From the human T2T-CHM13v2.0 reference genome, Homo sapiens, in assembly GCF_009914755.1 (NCBI RefSeq), contig NC_060927.1: 64,000 nucleotides of DNA, one strand, 5' to 3'. The position numbers and the translations under genes were made by a program. Each line of letters opens with the position of its first letter. Position 1 is the first letter of the stretch. Shown here in pieces: positions 15,440 to 32,356 of this stretch. The notes below the pieces were generated by a model. It ran no database searches, was not told where the DNA came from, and saw nothing but the letters and a program-made list of their open reading frames with translations.

Positions 15440-16270
15440 AGTCTAAGTTTTCACCCTAATGGGCCAGACAGACATTTAGTCAAATCATTAGGGAAACAGA
15501 TACAAACTTACAAAAGGAGAAGGTCTATAGAGGAGAGAGACAGGGTGCCCCAACAACTCACATAATGGGCATTAGACTTGGCCAGGATTCTGGGGAAGTA
15601 ATGCTTGGCTGAGTAAGCATTAATTAGGTGCAGATGGGAGGGAAAAGCAGGTTCAGGCAGAGTAATCAACATATGCAAATGCCCCTAGGGAGAGGAAGGA
15701 TGTAATTACCAAATACTTGTGTGAGTGGAGTGGAGGGAGCAAAGGCATGTGATTAGGATGGCTAATGTTTGCGAGACTCACCATCACATCATGCAGGACC
15801 TGGAAATGGATGCCGGGTATTTGTTTTCTTCTCCTAAGAAAAGCAGGGTGCATTGAAGGGTTTAAGCAGAGGACAACTTATGATTTTCATGTCACATCAA
15901 TCACTCTAGCTGGAGAGTGGAGGACAGATGGGGGCAATGCAGACTGGATGAGCATAGGCCAGTTAGGAAACCCTGGCAGGTATGAGATGATAATGCCTAG
16001 ACTGGGATGGTAGAGCTGAAGGAGGAAAATTTCAAAAATTATCTGGAGGATAAAACAAAATAGAAATTAGGAGTTGATTACATAAAGTGAGGACCTTGCT
16101 AAGGATGGCATGGAGAGTCCTGGCCTGGGAAGGCTGGTGATGACTTCATGGAGACAGCCCTGAAGACCACCTGTTTTGGGGAAGGAAGATGGTAAGAGTA
16201 GTTCCATTTGAATTGACATTAAGACATTCAAGAGGAGACATTAAGCAGGCATTAGATATACAGGGCCCTG
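15440..16270 (-). mobile_element. L2 fragment (3' tip at ~14855-14943)
   Basis: GAAGGGTTTAAGCAG, ATCACTCTAGCTG, AAGCAGGCATTAGATATA motifs. Confidence 0.6.
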
Positions 16271-16405
16271 TTGGAGGAAACTAACACTTTATTTAGTAAC
16301 TGAAATTTAGTGCTAACCTAAAAAAAGAGGTTGGGTAAGATCCTGGGCCTTAGAGATTTCAAACAGGTTTCAAAACCTAAGGCAGATCATTATCTACTAG
16401 CCATA

Positions 16406-16843
16406 TGTATTAGTCCATTTTCTGTTGCTATAACTGAATACCTTAGACTAGGGAATTTACAAAAGAAAGAAATTTATTGCTTACAGTTCTTGAAGGTGAG
16501 AAGTCTAAGGTCAAGGGGCTGCATCTGGTGAGGACCTTCTTGCTGGTGGTGGCTCTGCAGAGTTCTGAGACAGTTCAGGGCACCACGTGGTTAGGAGACT
16601 TAGGAAAAATGGCCAAACTGGCTTCTGTAACAGACCCACTCTTGTGATGACTAACCCACTCCCTCTATAACCCTGTAATCCATTAATCCATGAGTCCATT
16701 AATCCATGAAGGAATTAATCCACTCATGAGGTGGAGTACTTATGACCCAATTACCTCCCCAAAGTCCTACCCCTCAACACTGCTGCATTGGGTACCAAGT
16801 TTCCAACTCTTGAACTTATAGAGGACACATTCAAACTATAGCA
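16406..16843 (-). mobile_element. MaLR LTR, MSTC-like
   Basis: TGTATTAGTCCATTTTCTGTTGCTATAAC..CAAACTATAGCA; TSD CCATA/CCATG. Confidence 0.85.
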
Positions 16844-18153
16844 CCATGTTAACTATAATTTTGGTAGCTACCATCAGACAATGACTGGGGGAAGCCTGCT
16901 AATTGGTACAAAGGCCTAGTGAATGGAGTATTTCAGACAAAGCTGAGGAGACAAAAATGGCACATGATTCAGCAAATTTTAATTTTTGTATAAAACATTT
17001 CACTAAAATAACAGGTGAGTAATTCATGACCTCTAATTGCTGTTTTGTTTTGCATCAGAGAAGATTTATATAAACACTTTTTGAAAAGGCTGGTGAAGTA
17101 CCACTTCTTGTAACCTTACAAGCATTCTTTCAACCTAATACAACTTAACTTCCCTTTCTGTTCTCTTGAAAGCATTTACTTTCTCTTACATCTTAAGTTT
17201 CCCTGCATTTTCCCTTAGCTTTCCTGGGAGACACTTGTAATTTGAGTATTAAAAATGTTTTAGCTCTTCCTCTTGCTGCTTGAATTCATCCAGGCTTGTC
17301 AGCCGAATGGCTTTCCTAGCTCAGTTTTCATGCTTGCATCTCGCTAATTTGCCACCCCTCTCCTGAAGGAGAGAGAGCTCCTTGCTTTCTCTTGGGGCTG
17401 ATCTCATCCTGCTCTGGGAAGCTCCGAACTGCCTCTCACTCCAAGTGCCAATCTCTGACACCCCACCTTGCTTTGGTTATTCAGACTTTTTCCAAGACTG
17501 AAAAAGAAATGTGGATGGTGTACCCCTTTCTCTCAAATCTGGCTCTTATCCTGAGACAATTTCTTTCCAACCAGGGGAAAAGCTACCCCAGCAACTAAGC
17601 AACCAACTAACGCAATTAACATTTCCACTCCTCCTTTATCAATATTCTATGAACATCCAGTTGCTTCTTTGCTATGCTCAGAAAGCTGAATTGGATCAAG
17701 GACTGCAGAGGGGTGTGGTGCGGAATGTCATGAAGGGGCCAAAATGTACAGAGGGAGACCCAGAACCTGATGAAATTTCCTCGTAGTTTAAGTCTACTGT
17801 ATGCATCTCAGATGCATCCCCTGGAGGGGATAGGGACAAAACTCTGAGGTAACAAAGATGAAATTTCTGGCACTTAGCAGAATGAGGGCTTGGGAGCACA
17901 CATAGGTAGATTAAAGGAAAAATAAAACAATTCTTTTTTGCGTTTTGAATTTATGGACCGAAATTTATATTGCAGTTGTCAAAAGTAGTGGAGGACAATA
18001 AAATGACACCTAGTAAATTTATAGACTGTTTTTACTGTGAAGGTCACAGGGTAGAAAGTGGTTTGCTCCTAAAGAAATGAAAGGGGAAACGAATAGGATA
18101 CTAGCCTTTCTCTTTCTACTATTTCTGCAAGCTGAGAAATATTCTAATCTTAA

Positions 18154-18708
<555 letters not shown>

Positions 18709-18774
18709 TGACAAATTAATCATTTAGATAAAACAAGTGAATTAATACATAAATGCACAAAATAACCTTAGTGA

Positions 18775-19000
18775 ACCTCACTGGGTGCTTACTACCTGAC
18801 GTGCACTGAGTACTTGGAGTATCTCACTAGGAATGCCCCATGAACTAGATGCTATTGTTCTTATTTTACACTTGAGGGAATTGAGGCTTGCAAAAATCTA
18901 TGTATCTTGGTTAAGGCCACACATTGAGCCACCAAAGGTCTGGGATTTGAATCCAGGTCAGCTTAATGTCAAAGACATTTACTCAATTACTAACTATGCT
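18775..19000 (-). mobile_element. MIR
   Basis: ATTTTACA..GAGGGAATTGAGGCT..GGATTTGAATCCAGGTC core. Confidence 0.6.
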
Positions 19001-19252
19001 GTCTGCATGAGCAGAGAAGAAAAACGATTTTCCTACTTAGGCACACGTCTTCTTCAAATGCTGGTCCAGGGATGCTCTGACCTTGACAAGTTACCACATA
19101 AAGCTTATGCTTCCAGAGGTGCAAGTTAAGTGTCTATACAAGGGGCTAATTGTACATGAAATCCTAAGTGGTGAGATTCATCTCTCTCTGCCCATTGTAT
19201 AAAATAACTGTGTATACACTCTATTTCTTTATGAGCAGCTAACCCTGGGACT

Positions 19253-19443
19253 CAGGGCTGCCAGAATGAGCAAATAAAATTAAAAGATGCCCAGTTAAAT
19301 TTAAATTTCAGGTAAATAACAAATCATTTTCAGTATAAGGATGCCCTATGCAATATTTGGGGCATATTTATACTAAATTTTTTTTATTGTTTATTTGAAA
19401 TTCAAATTTAACTAAGCATCCTGCATTTTATGTGGCAACCCAT
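19253..19443. mobile_element. MER53 palindromic MITE (hAT)
   Basis: Self-complementary body; perfect 8-bp TSD CTGGGACT at 19245-19252 and 19444-19451. Confidence 0.92.
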
Positions 19444-19534
19444 CTGGGACTGTTCTGTCACTGTAAAGCACGTGCTTATATTCTTTGCTCTTCTGCCTAA
19501 CACTGAGCTCCACCATGGCTAAGGCTGCAAAGAA

Positions 19535-19569
<35 letters not shown>

Positions 19570-19570
19570 C
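19535..19570. repeat. (CA)n microsatellite, one interruption
   Basis: Seen directly. Confidence 0.95.
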
Positions 19571-20649
19571 TTGGTAGCTATGTAAATACCAACTAGCGCA
19601 GCCCAGGAAGACATCCCATGTGGGTGTTTTGTCCTGGGCTGGTCTTTCCCAGCAACTCCTCCCTCCCACTCAGTGCTTGCTGACTGAGGAGCTGCCCATA
19701 GCTTGGCTCTCCTTCTCCTCCCTATCATCAGTATTTCCCTCCCTGATAGCAAACACTCCAGTCACTGCCTTTCACAATCAGTACCTGGTGCAGATGATCC
19801 TAAGGTCAGAATGTTAGAGCTAGAAAGACTCAAAGAGGATTTTTACAAGTGAGGAAGCCGAAAACATCATAAAGATCACTTGTTCAAAGTCACACAGCTA
19901 GGCAGGGGCGGAGCTGGTGCTGGAATTAACATTTAGCAAGGATTTCTTCTAATTCGGGTGGCTCTGCCTTACCACAACATGGGGTCAATGTTCCACCCCC
20001 CTGTTTACTTGCACGATGTGGGGCACTTTTCCTCTTCCTTGATGGTGCTGTTGATGATGGTGATGATCATAACAATGTCCGATTTCTTTGATTCTAGACA
20101 CTTTACACATAGCATATCATTTAATCATCACAATACCAACAAGGTATCTCTTATTCACTGCCAAAGTTGATCCACCAGCTTTTCATGCTGCTAACTCTAA
20201 TTTTTACTCTCCCCAGGAACAACAGGGACCCATAATAATAATTTGCAAAGAGAGAGTTTGGGAAGTACATATTTGTGCTTATTAAACTCAACAACTCTTT
20301 CTCTTTTTGCTTCTTGTTTCCAAGGGGTGGGTAGATGCTGCAACTGGGGAGACAACTTATGTAGCTCTAATCCTGTTCCAATATATATAGCCTTCCAAAG
20401 GCTTCTTAAATTTCCTCCTTTTTTTCTCTACTAATTCCAGCATGCTTTGCAATGCACACTTATTTTATTGCTTTGAGGAGGAAGAGATTTTTGGGTGTGT
20501 GTTTCCTTTAAGGAAGGATGAAGCAAGAGTATAATGCAAAAGCTCATAGAAATCTTTAATTCTATCCATTTGGACATAGTTGTATTTGATAGAAATAATT
20601 GGGGAAGAGCTTGTATTCTTTGGAACATATGGAAATCTAATAATTACTT

Positions 20650-20890
20650 CATTTATTGAGCAGTAATTATGTGCTGGACAGTAAATAAGGTATTATATGT
20701 TATCTACTGTATTTTTTGTTCTCCTGGTAACCAGGTGGGGTAGGCATTACTATCCCAATTTCACAAGAGAGGAAAAATGAGTCTCTGAGGGGTTTAAGGA
20801 GTTTCCTCAAGGTTACATAGTCAGAAAGTAGAAAAGTTGAATATGGGACTCAGGACAGTCCAATTTGAATGTCAATGTTCCTTGTTAGTG
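20650..20890 (-). mobile_element. MIR
   Basis: ATTTATTGAGC..TATCCCAATTTCACA..TCAAGGTTACATAG. Confidence 0.65.
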
Positions 20891-21269
20891 TGACACTTAT
20901 TAATGTTGGAAATTATGCAGTTGTATTTTTGAGAACCGCTTTATATTGTTTCTTTTTAAAGTTTCACAAAGCATACTAGCATGTTAAAGACTAAGAATTC
21001 CTGCAAAAAAAAAAAAAAAAAAAGTCTGTTTGACTTTATTTAGCCCAGAGTTTGCATACAGAACATATCTGAACACGGACCATGAAGTTTTTTTTCTTCA
21101 TTTTTTTTCAGGGACCATCTTTGCAATAGCTTTACCTATTCCATAGTAAAGGCTATGGTTATACTTGGGATTACAATGGACTTAACACAGTGCCATTTGA
21201 GGCTCAATTAATGACCTCGGGAGGAAGCTTTTATAATGTAGAAAACTAACAGGCTGGAAAAAAATAATA

Positions 21270-21560
21270 GTATTTTGAGATATCTGAAATGCTGTCATGT
21301 GAAAGAGGGATTAGATTGTTTCAAATGTCTATAAAGGGTAAAACTAGAACCAACGCATAGAAGGCACAGGAAAATACATTTCGGTTTCACTTAAGGAGAA
21401 CTTTCCAATGGTTAGAAGTGCCAAAAAAAATTAACTAGATCCCCCATTACCAGAAGTAATTGACCATAGTCTCCATGCTACTTGTGAAAAGAGCACTCTA
21501 ACATCAGCAGAGCTCTTGAATTAGGTGACCTTTAAGGTTTTGCCAACTAAGATTCTGTTT
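21270..21560 (+). mobile_element. L3/CR1 LINE 3' fragment
   Basis: GCTGTCATGTGAAAGAGGGATTAGA..AACTAGAACCAA..GACCTTTAAGG..GATTCTGT. Confidence 0.7.
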
Positions 21561-22559
21561 TTATTTAAACTGGTTAATCTTATCCACAAAATATCAATTT
21601 AATGCTGAACAGTTGGTCTACCAGTGTATAATTGTATAGAAAATAGCCAGTTGCATAGCAAACAACAGATTATATGTCTGAATTTTTTTAACTCTACAAT
21701 TTTTTTGGCAGTACATACTGCAGGATATTGATGTGAATGGCCATATTTTCTTTCAGAGATGAGTATTCTTTCTTAATGTGTGTTTCACTCTGCAAAGGAT
21801 TGGTTGTTGACTTAATTGGGGGCTTAGGAATGGTTTCAGGAGAAGCGCCGATGGGGTAGAATGTGAGTTATTTTCTGTGGTGCTGGTATGTCCAGGTTTT
21901 CTCCTGTGCAGTAGTAATAAATTTCTGAAAGGATAGGTCTAGGTAAGCAGGTGAGGTTTTAAATATCTTAGTTATGTTATGTAAGTAAACTTATATTAAA
22001 TATGTTTACATATGCTGCCCAAACTCTCAGAGAGGAAACGGTGAAAACATAAAAACTCTACAGTCCCCACACCCACTGTGACCTAAAATACTACAACGCC
22101 TCCAAGGAGCAGACCACTGGGAGCCTTGATGCTATTTATGGAATACAACAATGTGTGATGTATTTGACTCCATTAGACAAACTGTGAACCGTTTTACAGG
22201 CAGGAAATATGACTATCTTATAAGCATGCATTATAAAACCATGGCCATGAGCATGAAAATCACCCAAGCTGTAAAACCAAGTACATACTTTTTTCTGTTA
22301 ATGGGTGTTTGCTACCTATTTGTTTCTCGATGCCTGCCAATTTGCTCACAAAGAGTGGCGGGCAGTGAAATTAAAAAAGAAAATATTGTGAAAAAGACTG
22401 ATGTAATCTCAGTCCAAGTTTCCACCATCGAGTACCATTCTGTAGGAAATTCAGTTCCCTGTTGAATACCCGAGGATTGCTGGAGATTGCTTTCATGTCC
22501 TGATCGTCACTTGCCACTGCCCTTGCCCACACCACCTCTGCTGCTCCAGAGTCATTCCA

Positions 22560-22703
22560 CAGATTTCAGTTACTCAAAGTCTGTCTGACCCCCTCCAGCA
22601 GTAGGTGGGTATTTCCTGGCCCCACCTTAACCTTCTGACGAGAATCTGCATTTTAGCAAGCTCCCCAGGGATTCAGATCCACATCAAGATTTGAGAAGCT
22701 CTG
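22560..22703. mobile_element. MER5-type fragment
   Basis: GAATCTGCATTTTAGCAAGCTCCCCAGG..TTTGAGAAGCTCTG. Confidence 0.6.
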
Positions 22704-23569
22704 TTCTTGGTCACCTCTTGGCCTCTCATAGAGGCATTGTCCCAAGCATGGACACCGAGGGGCCTTTAGCCCTCCTTGCCCCTGTTGTATGTACCACTCT
22801 TAACTAAAGGCATCCAAGGACCAAGGACGATACACAGCACAGGAAAACTAAAAAGTGGATCTCAGACATCTCTGCACCCTAAGCTTCTCACAGCATTTAC
22901 AGGATAGGGGCTATTTTCTTCTTTAAACCTTAGGCTAAAACTATGTTGCTAGGGCCTACATCTTCTTCAAATTAAAGTCACCTTTGTCATGTATTTTTCC
23001 CTTCAATTCTCAGAGCTATAAGTCCTTGCCTCTGGTGTTCTCAGGGCAGCCCTAAATTAACATCATAACCATCTTTGCCCCCAAGAAAGAAAATCCACTC
23101 TACTGGGCAATTTCACTTTCCTGGTTCAACTTCTCCTTCTAGGCCTTGGGTCTGCCCTTTCATAAACATAGCCAAAAATCTCTTTAAAGGATTTTCCTAA
23201 GCAAAATAGCAGATTTCCTCCAAGGATAAATCATATACCACCACTGGGAGATGGAAACAGCTTCAGGAAGATCTTAAATGATATTTATATGCATATGAAC
23301 ATATACATACATATACATATATGTCTTGCTATACTTTAAATTAAAAATCTATTAATATAATTTCTGACAAACTAAAGAAAGAATACTATTATTTGGATAC
23401 CAAGTTCTATGGTGAGTATTGTTTAAAAAACTGTCATCTTATTCTTTATGCTATATTGTCTAGTTTCAGTTTGGTTTGGATCTCTCAATTGATATTTTAG
23501 GTGATGATGCCAAACCATCCAAGAATTTCTCTGGAGATAGACATTATTTTGTTATAAAAGATATTTTAG

Positions 23570-23829
23570 CACTTTGGGAGGCTGAGGTGGGTGGATAACC
23601 TGAGGTCGGGAGTTCGAGACCAGCCTGGCCAACATGGTGAAACCCTGTCTCTACTAAAAATACAAAAATTAGCTGGGCGTGGTGGTGCACATCTGTAATC
23701 TCACCTACTTGGGAGCCTGAGGCAGGAGAATCGCTTGAACCCAGGAGGCAGAGGTTGCAGTGAGCCAAGATAATGCCACTGGATGCCAGCCTGGGTGACA
23801 GAGCGCGACTGTGTCTCAAAAAAAAAAAA
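23570..23829 (+). mobile_element. AluS, 5'-truncated
   Basis: Begins at CACTTTGGGAGG; TSD AAAAGATATTTTAG at 23556-23569 and 23830-23843. Confidence 0.95.
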
Positions 23830-25087
23830 AAAAGATATTTTAGGGCAAAATTCAGCCTTTGTCTCTATGGTCTCAGCAGCTCTTTGAGAGTTTCTACTAC
23901 TTTTTTCAGTTCCTCTTAAAGTATAAGATGCTTGAGGTTGAGGGCTGGATTCGTTAACGTAATACTTTTTGTGTGTATCTCGTTTTACATTTAATCATTA
24001 CAACATGTTTCTGATGTTGATATTATTTTTATTTTAAAACCAATCAATCAATAGATATTAACTGGACATCTACATGCCAGACAGTGAATAAGACCAAGTC
24101 TTGTCCTTAAAGAACTTACATTCAATAAACAGTTGAATTACATTCAATAGACCTAAGACCAACTGCCTCATTTTCGAGGTGAAGACACTGAGGCTCCAAG
24201 AGTTGAAGTGTTTTGTTCATGGTCAGCTAACTAGTCAGGTCAGAACCAGGACCGAACCAAGTCTCCCAGGCTCATGTTCTTCCTTATGTTGCAGGATTAA
24301 ATTGCACAGCCTATAGCTTCCCTGTAGGTATCTGTGCAATGATGTGGTGAAAAATCTGTTTGGAATAAATATGCTTATGAGATGCTTAGGGTGGAGATGA
24401 AGATCTCAGGGGTATGTTCAACAAAAGAGTCTATTGATTAGATTAGGAAAGGCCCCCCAACAAAGCAAAAGATGAGAAAGTAGACATAAAAGGAAATAGG
24501 AGAAGGAGAATAGGGGCAATAAGGATGTTAGGGCAGTGTACCAGTCAATTCAGTGGCTTCTAACTCCAAAGCTACAAGTAAGATCTGCTAAAATAGTCAT
24601 GAGTGCTTGGTATGTGTGGAGTCAAGTTCTGTGGGGTCTGAAGTTCATGCAGTTGAAGAGGACTTCTTTCTGAAAAATGGCATCAAGTCACAAGTGAAGC
24701 AAATAGAAACAGAGTTTTGGAAGGAACCTGCGTGAGAACCTGTGAAGGTTATGCATCACGAGCTCATCAGCCTTATGACGAATCCACCTCTGAGAGGATC
24801 CAGATGCATTCAGAGGGTGTGGGAAATGGTGAAGGGATGGAATGCAATGTCTGGGTTGAGGTGGGGCAAAGCGGTGACAGTATACATATATGTTGTGAGA
24901 AGGGCTTGGAATGAGAATGCAAGTTCTGATGAATTAGCAGAGATTTGAAGAGGTGTTTGGACCTCCCTCCAGAGCAGCTTGGGGTGTGTGTGTGTGAGGT
25001 TGAGTCAATCTTATCTACGGCCCTGAAGACAGGAGATCCCTTGCTATTACAGAGTTTTTTTTTTTCTTTTAATTAAATTAACAAATA

Positions 25088-25220
25088 AGCCAGGCATGGT
25101 GGCATGTGCTATAGTCCCAGTTAATCAAAAGGCTGAGCTGGGAGGATTGCTTGAGCCCAGGAATTCAAGGCCAGCCTTGGCAACTTAGTGAGGCCCTGTT
25201 TCTAAATAAAATAAAATAAA
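25088..25220 (+). mobile_element. FLAM (free left Alu monomer)
   Basis: ~130-bp monomer with TTGAGCCCAGGAATTCAAGGCCAGCC and A-rich tail. Confidence 0.85.
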
Positions 25221-25744
25221 TTAATCAATTAACGAATGAAATGGTTACTGTTTCTTTTTATGCATTCTATACTCCAGTCAAATTGAAATACTTGTTGTTT
25301 TAATAATGTACAAATAAATATATTTTTATACCTGAAAATTTCAGAGAAAATAACAAGGTGCATTAACAGGAAGGTCTATGGTGATGGTGGAAAAATTATT
25401 CAGGATTTTGGCCCAATGGTGACTGATTTCTAAAATGAAGACTGACATAACTTTTATAGGTAAGAATCTAATGGACCAGTTATTATTAGGTACAAAATTA
25501 ACTTACAGAAACATTTTTGGAGCACCTGTCTGGAGCCGTGTTCCAGATAACAGTAAGATAATGAAAAATAAGACAATAATTCTCCCCTCAAAGAGAAGAT
25601 AGACCATTTAAGGGTTATCTCAATATTTTGGGAACAGGCAGAAAGATAGGATTGAAAAATCATTGGATTCTTAAGGAAATCCTGCCATTAACTAAAGGCA
25701 GTAGCTTGAGCTTGGCAGAGTCAGCTATTTAAATTCCCTGGACG

Positions 25745-26145
25745 TTGCATTGAAGATTAGCTAGCTGTTCCCCAATCCATTTTCTCTTCCTCTTGGGTAC
25801 ACAGCAAAACTAGATTTTCCAGCCTCTCTTCCAGTTAGGTGTGCTGATGTGAATGAGTTCTGAACAATGGAAGGTGGTTAGAAGCAATCGTACCTTGAGG
25901 AGTTACCCTTAAGAACCTCTCACAGGAAATCTACATTCTTTCTACTACAATGACAATCTTGGGAGCATTGTGGAGAAATGGAGCCAGGAGATGGAAGAAA
26001 TCTATGTCCCTGAATTATGGCTTTGAAAGTAAGAAAAGAGACCTACTAATCAAGAATACCTATTTTGCACATGTGTGGGAAATAGATAGCTATTGTATTA
26101 ACCCCCTAAGATTTTGGGTTTTTCACAGGGACTACATTATCCTGA
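25745..26145 (+). mobile_element. Old MLT1 LTR relic
   Basis: TTTCCAGCCTCTCTTCCAGTTAGGTGTG..GAGTTCTG. Confidence 0.55.
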
Positions 26146-26147
26146 TT

Positions 26148-26995
<848 letters not shown>

Positions 26996-27074
26996 ACAGA
27001 TAGGAAGTCCTCTAGTTATATTAAAGTTACTTTTCATATGCAAATATATTTAAATATATTGAAAAAAGAACGAT

Positions 27075-28040
<966 letters not shown>

Positions 28041-28860
28041 TTCTCAAAAGAAGACAGTTATACAGCCAACAAACATATGAAAAAAAGCTAATCATCACTG
28101 GTCATTAGAGAAATGCAAATCAAAACCACAATGGGATACCATCTCGTGCCAGTTAGAATAGCGATCATTAAAAAGTCAGGAAACAACAGATGCTGGAGAG
28201 GCTATGGAGAAATAGGAACACTTTTACCCTGTTGGTGAGAGTGTAAATAGTTCAACCATTATGGAAGACAGTGTGGCAATTCCTCAAGGATCTAGAACCA
28301 GAAATACCATTTGACCCAGCTGTCCCATGACTGGGTACATACCCAAAGGGTTATAAATCATTCTGCTATAAAGACCCATGCACATGTTTGTTTATTGCAG
28401 CACTATTTACAATAGCAAAGACTTGGAACCAGCCCAAATGCCCATCAATGATAGACTGGATAAAGAAAATGTGACACATATACACTATGGAATACTATGC
28501 AGCCATAAAAAAGAATGAGTTCATGTCCTTTGTAGGGACATGGATGAAGCTGGAAGCTATCATTCTCAGCAAACTAACACAGGAACAGAAAATCAAACAC
28601 TGCACGTTCTCACTCATAAGTGGGAGTTGAACAATGAGAACACATGGACACAGGGAGGGGAACATCACATACTGGGGCCTGTCGGGGTACTGGGGGGGCA
28701 AGGAGAGGGAGAGCATTAGGACAAATACCTAATGCATGTGGGGCTTAAAACCTAGATGACAGGTTGATGGGTGCGGCAAACCACCATGGCACATGTATAC
28801 CAATGTAACAAACCTGCACATTCTGCACATGTATCCCAAAACTTAAAGTAAAAAGTAAAA
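28041..28860 (+). mobile_element. L1PA (about PA7) 3' end, 5'-truncated
   Basis: ORF2 C-terminus plus 3' UTR AGCATTAGGACAAATACCTAATGCATGTGGGGCTTAAAACCTAGATGAC; flanks AAAAAATTAC/AATAATTAC. Confidence 0.92.
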
Positions 28861-29128
28861 AATAATTACCATACCCAATAAGAAATGGTTGGAGGACTTA
28901 AGCAGATGGACTTAAGCAGATACTTCGTCAAAGAAGATATAGGGATGGTAAATAAGCATGTGATAGATGTTCCAATTCATTAGTCATTAAGCAAATGCAC
29001 ATTAAAACCACAATGAGATGTCACTACATTGCCTGTTAGGATGTCGAGATTTAAAGACTGTCTCTAAGTTTTGCTGAGAATATGGAGCAAGAGAACTCTC
29101 ATATACTACTGGTAGGAATGTAAAATAG

Positions 29129-29497
<369 letters not shown>

Positions 29498-29687
29498 TAA
29501 CGGAACATTTACTGTATGACTTGGCCATAAATACGAGGTGTTTATCCAAGTAAAATGATAGCTTATCTCTATACAAAGATACGTACATAAATTTTCCTAG
29601 CATCTTTATTTGTAATAGCCCCAAGCTGGAAACAAAGCAAATGTTTGTCAATAGGGTAATGGATAAACAAGCTGTAGTAAATCTTTA

Positions 29688-30109
29688 TGTATTAGTTTGT
29701 TAGGGCTGCCATAACAAAATACCCCTTAGTGGCTTCAACAACAGAAATGTATTTTCTCAGTTTTGGAGGCTAAAAGTCCAAGATCAAGATGTCAGTAGGT
29801 TTGATTTCTCCTAAGGCCTCTCTTCTGTGGTTGCCTTCTCCTTGTGTTCTTATTATGTTCTCTCAGTGCATCCTTGAGGTCTTATGCATTCTGTGCTTCA
29901 GTCAAATGTACCTAATGCTTCTGCAGGTATCTAATCTCCTCTTTTTATAAAAACACCAGTCAGAAAGGATTAGGGCTTACCCTCATGGCCTCATTTCAAC
30001 TCAATTATATCTTTAAAGCCCCTATCTCCAAATGCAGTCACATTCTGAAGTATTAGATTCTGGAACTTCAATGTAGGAATTTTGGGAGGACACAATGTAG
30101 TCCATAACA
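29688..30109 (-). mobile_element. MaLR LTR, MLT1B-like
   Basis: TGTATTAGTTTGTTAGGGCTGCCATAACAAA..AGTCCATAACA. Confidence 0.85.
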
Positions 30110-32021
30110 CTAAGTAATAGAATACTACTCAGCAATAAAAAGGAAAGAACTATTGATACATGCTACAACATGGATGAATCTCAAAATAATGATGCTGAAT
30201 GTAATAAATTAGACCGGAAAAAGGAAATACTTTATGATACCATTTATACAAAATTCCAGAAGCTGCAGACTACTTTATGGTGACAGAAAGGATCATTGGT
30301 TGCATGGGGATGTGAGAAGGTAAGAGGGTGAGACTGCAAAGGGGCAGGAGGAAACTTGTGGAGGTGATGGATGGGTTCATTTTCAAGCTGGTGGTGATGG
30401 TTTTATGGATGTATATGTATGTCAAAATGTTTTACATTGCAAATTTTAAATATGTGTAGTTTATTGCATTTCAATTATACCTTATAAAAACGTTTTTTAA
30501 AGAGCTATAAACATGTTATAACTTCATTTATAACCCATGGCAGGCCTAAGTTCACATGGCAATTTTGTTGTTTTAATAATAATAATAACGATAACTACCA
30601 AAAAAAGTGACCTGTGTGGGTGAATCATAGTGGTTTTGGGTTTTATCTGCTTTGAGCACCTGCTATTTTGCTTGTGCTGCACTGCTGTCCTCCTTTCCCC
30701 TGGAGGAAGCACCTCCAGTCTTTTGGTAACTGTTCCTTTCCCTGCTCTCATCATGGGGATGCAAGAAGAATACCTGCTTTTTTAGACACAATTGATTGGC
30801 TGATGGGTGGGCACTTCGAACCTAGTTTGTCCAATCAGATCACTTTCTTGGGGTTTTTCTTACTAAAACTGTGATGAGTTACATCATGCTGGAGATAGAA
30901 GCTATGGGATGAAGAGTTTCTGACTGGTGGTTTCCATGTTTTCTTCCATCTGGAGAAAGTTAGTGTGTGCTGAGAGAGAATGAAGCCCACACAGAGAGAG
31001 GCAGAAATGACAGCTGGAGGGAGAGGTTTGGCATTGTTTGAGGTTCTGGTTCTGGTTTCATTTATTCCTGAGAACCAGTGATATCCCTGACCTTTCCATA
31101 ATTTTCATTTTTCCACATTTCCTTATATTTTTTGTGCTAATAATTTCCTCATTTATCAAGTTAATTCAAGTTAGGCTCCTGTCATACCAAACACCGTCCA
31201 CAGTTTGTTATGTATTTAAGACATACATTTCTAATTTCTCTTTCAATGCCGGAGATCCTGAAATATCTCTGAGCAAATAATTGGGAGTAGGTCTGACCAA
31301 ATCAACAATTCCACTTAATTCAACACATGTTTATCAAATACCTACCAAGCCAAGACAGTCTCATCAAGAATGCATGTAAATGGCCACTCAGAATTGGAAC
31401 AGCTAAATAATTTTGAGATATTCCACTATAAATAATTTTGTAGCAAACTCCCAAGTGTACATTGCTGAAAAAAATAGATGGAGCCCCAAATTGAACTCAT
31501 TAGAAATATGACCATAGGGAAATGAAAATCATTCAATGATAACTTTTATTTTCTTAGCATTTCCTGGATTCTAAATCAACTGTGGGCTAGAAACTGGCTC
31601 TTAGACTTTATCTTTTATGGTAACTTACACCATAATCAAGAGAAAGCTTTTTAGTTCCAAGGAATTGTAATTCAGTAAGATACTCTAAATTCAGTCATCC
31701 ATTTCTCCCTGTTGCCCCAAACCACTAGGAAGTAAAGAAACTGAGCAAAAGCTGTATAGCTCTTCATTATAATGCTACTGTTTTGTTTTGTTTCATTTAT
31801 TATTATTTTTTAATTTGTCTTTTGTGTTGCACATGACAGGTGATTGGGTATTTTCTTAGTGGTTTAAGGAGTAAACCACTAAGTCTTCCATGTCACTAGA
31901 GGGTTTTAAAAATAAAGTGTGGTGGTGTTTCTTGATAACAGAGTTGAGTATCAAGTGCACGTGTCTCCCTCGTATAGGGTTAAATAGTCATGGTGAGAAT
32001 GTCTTAGAAATGATCAGATAA

Positions 32022-32356
<335 letters not shown>

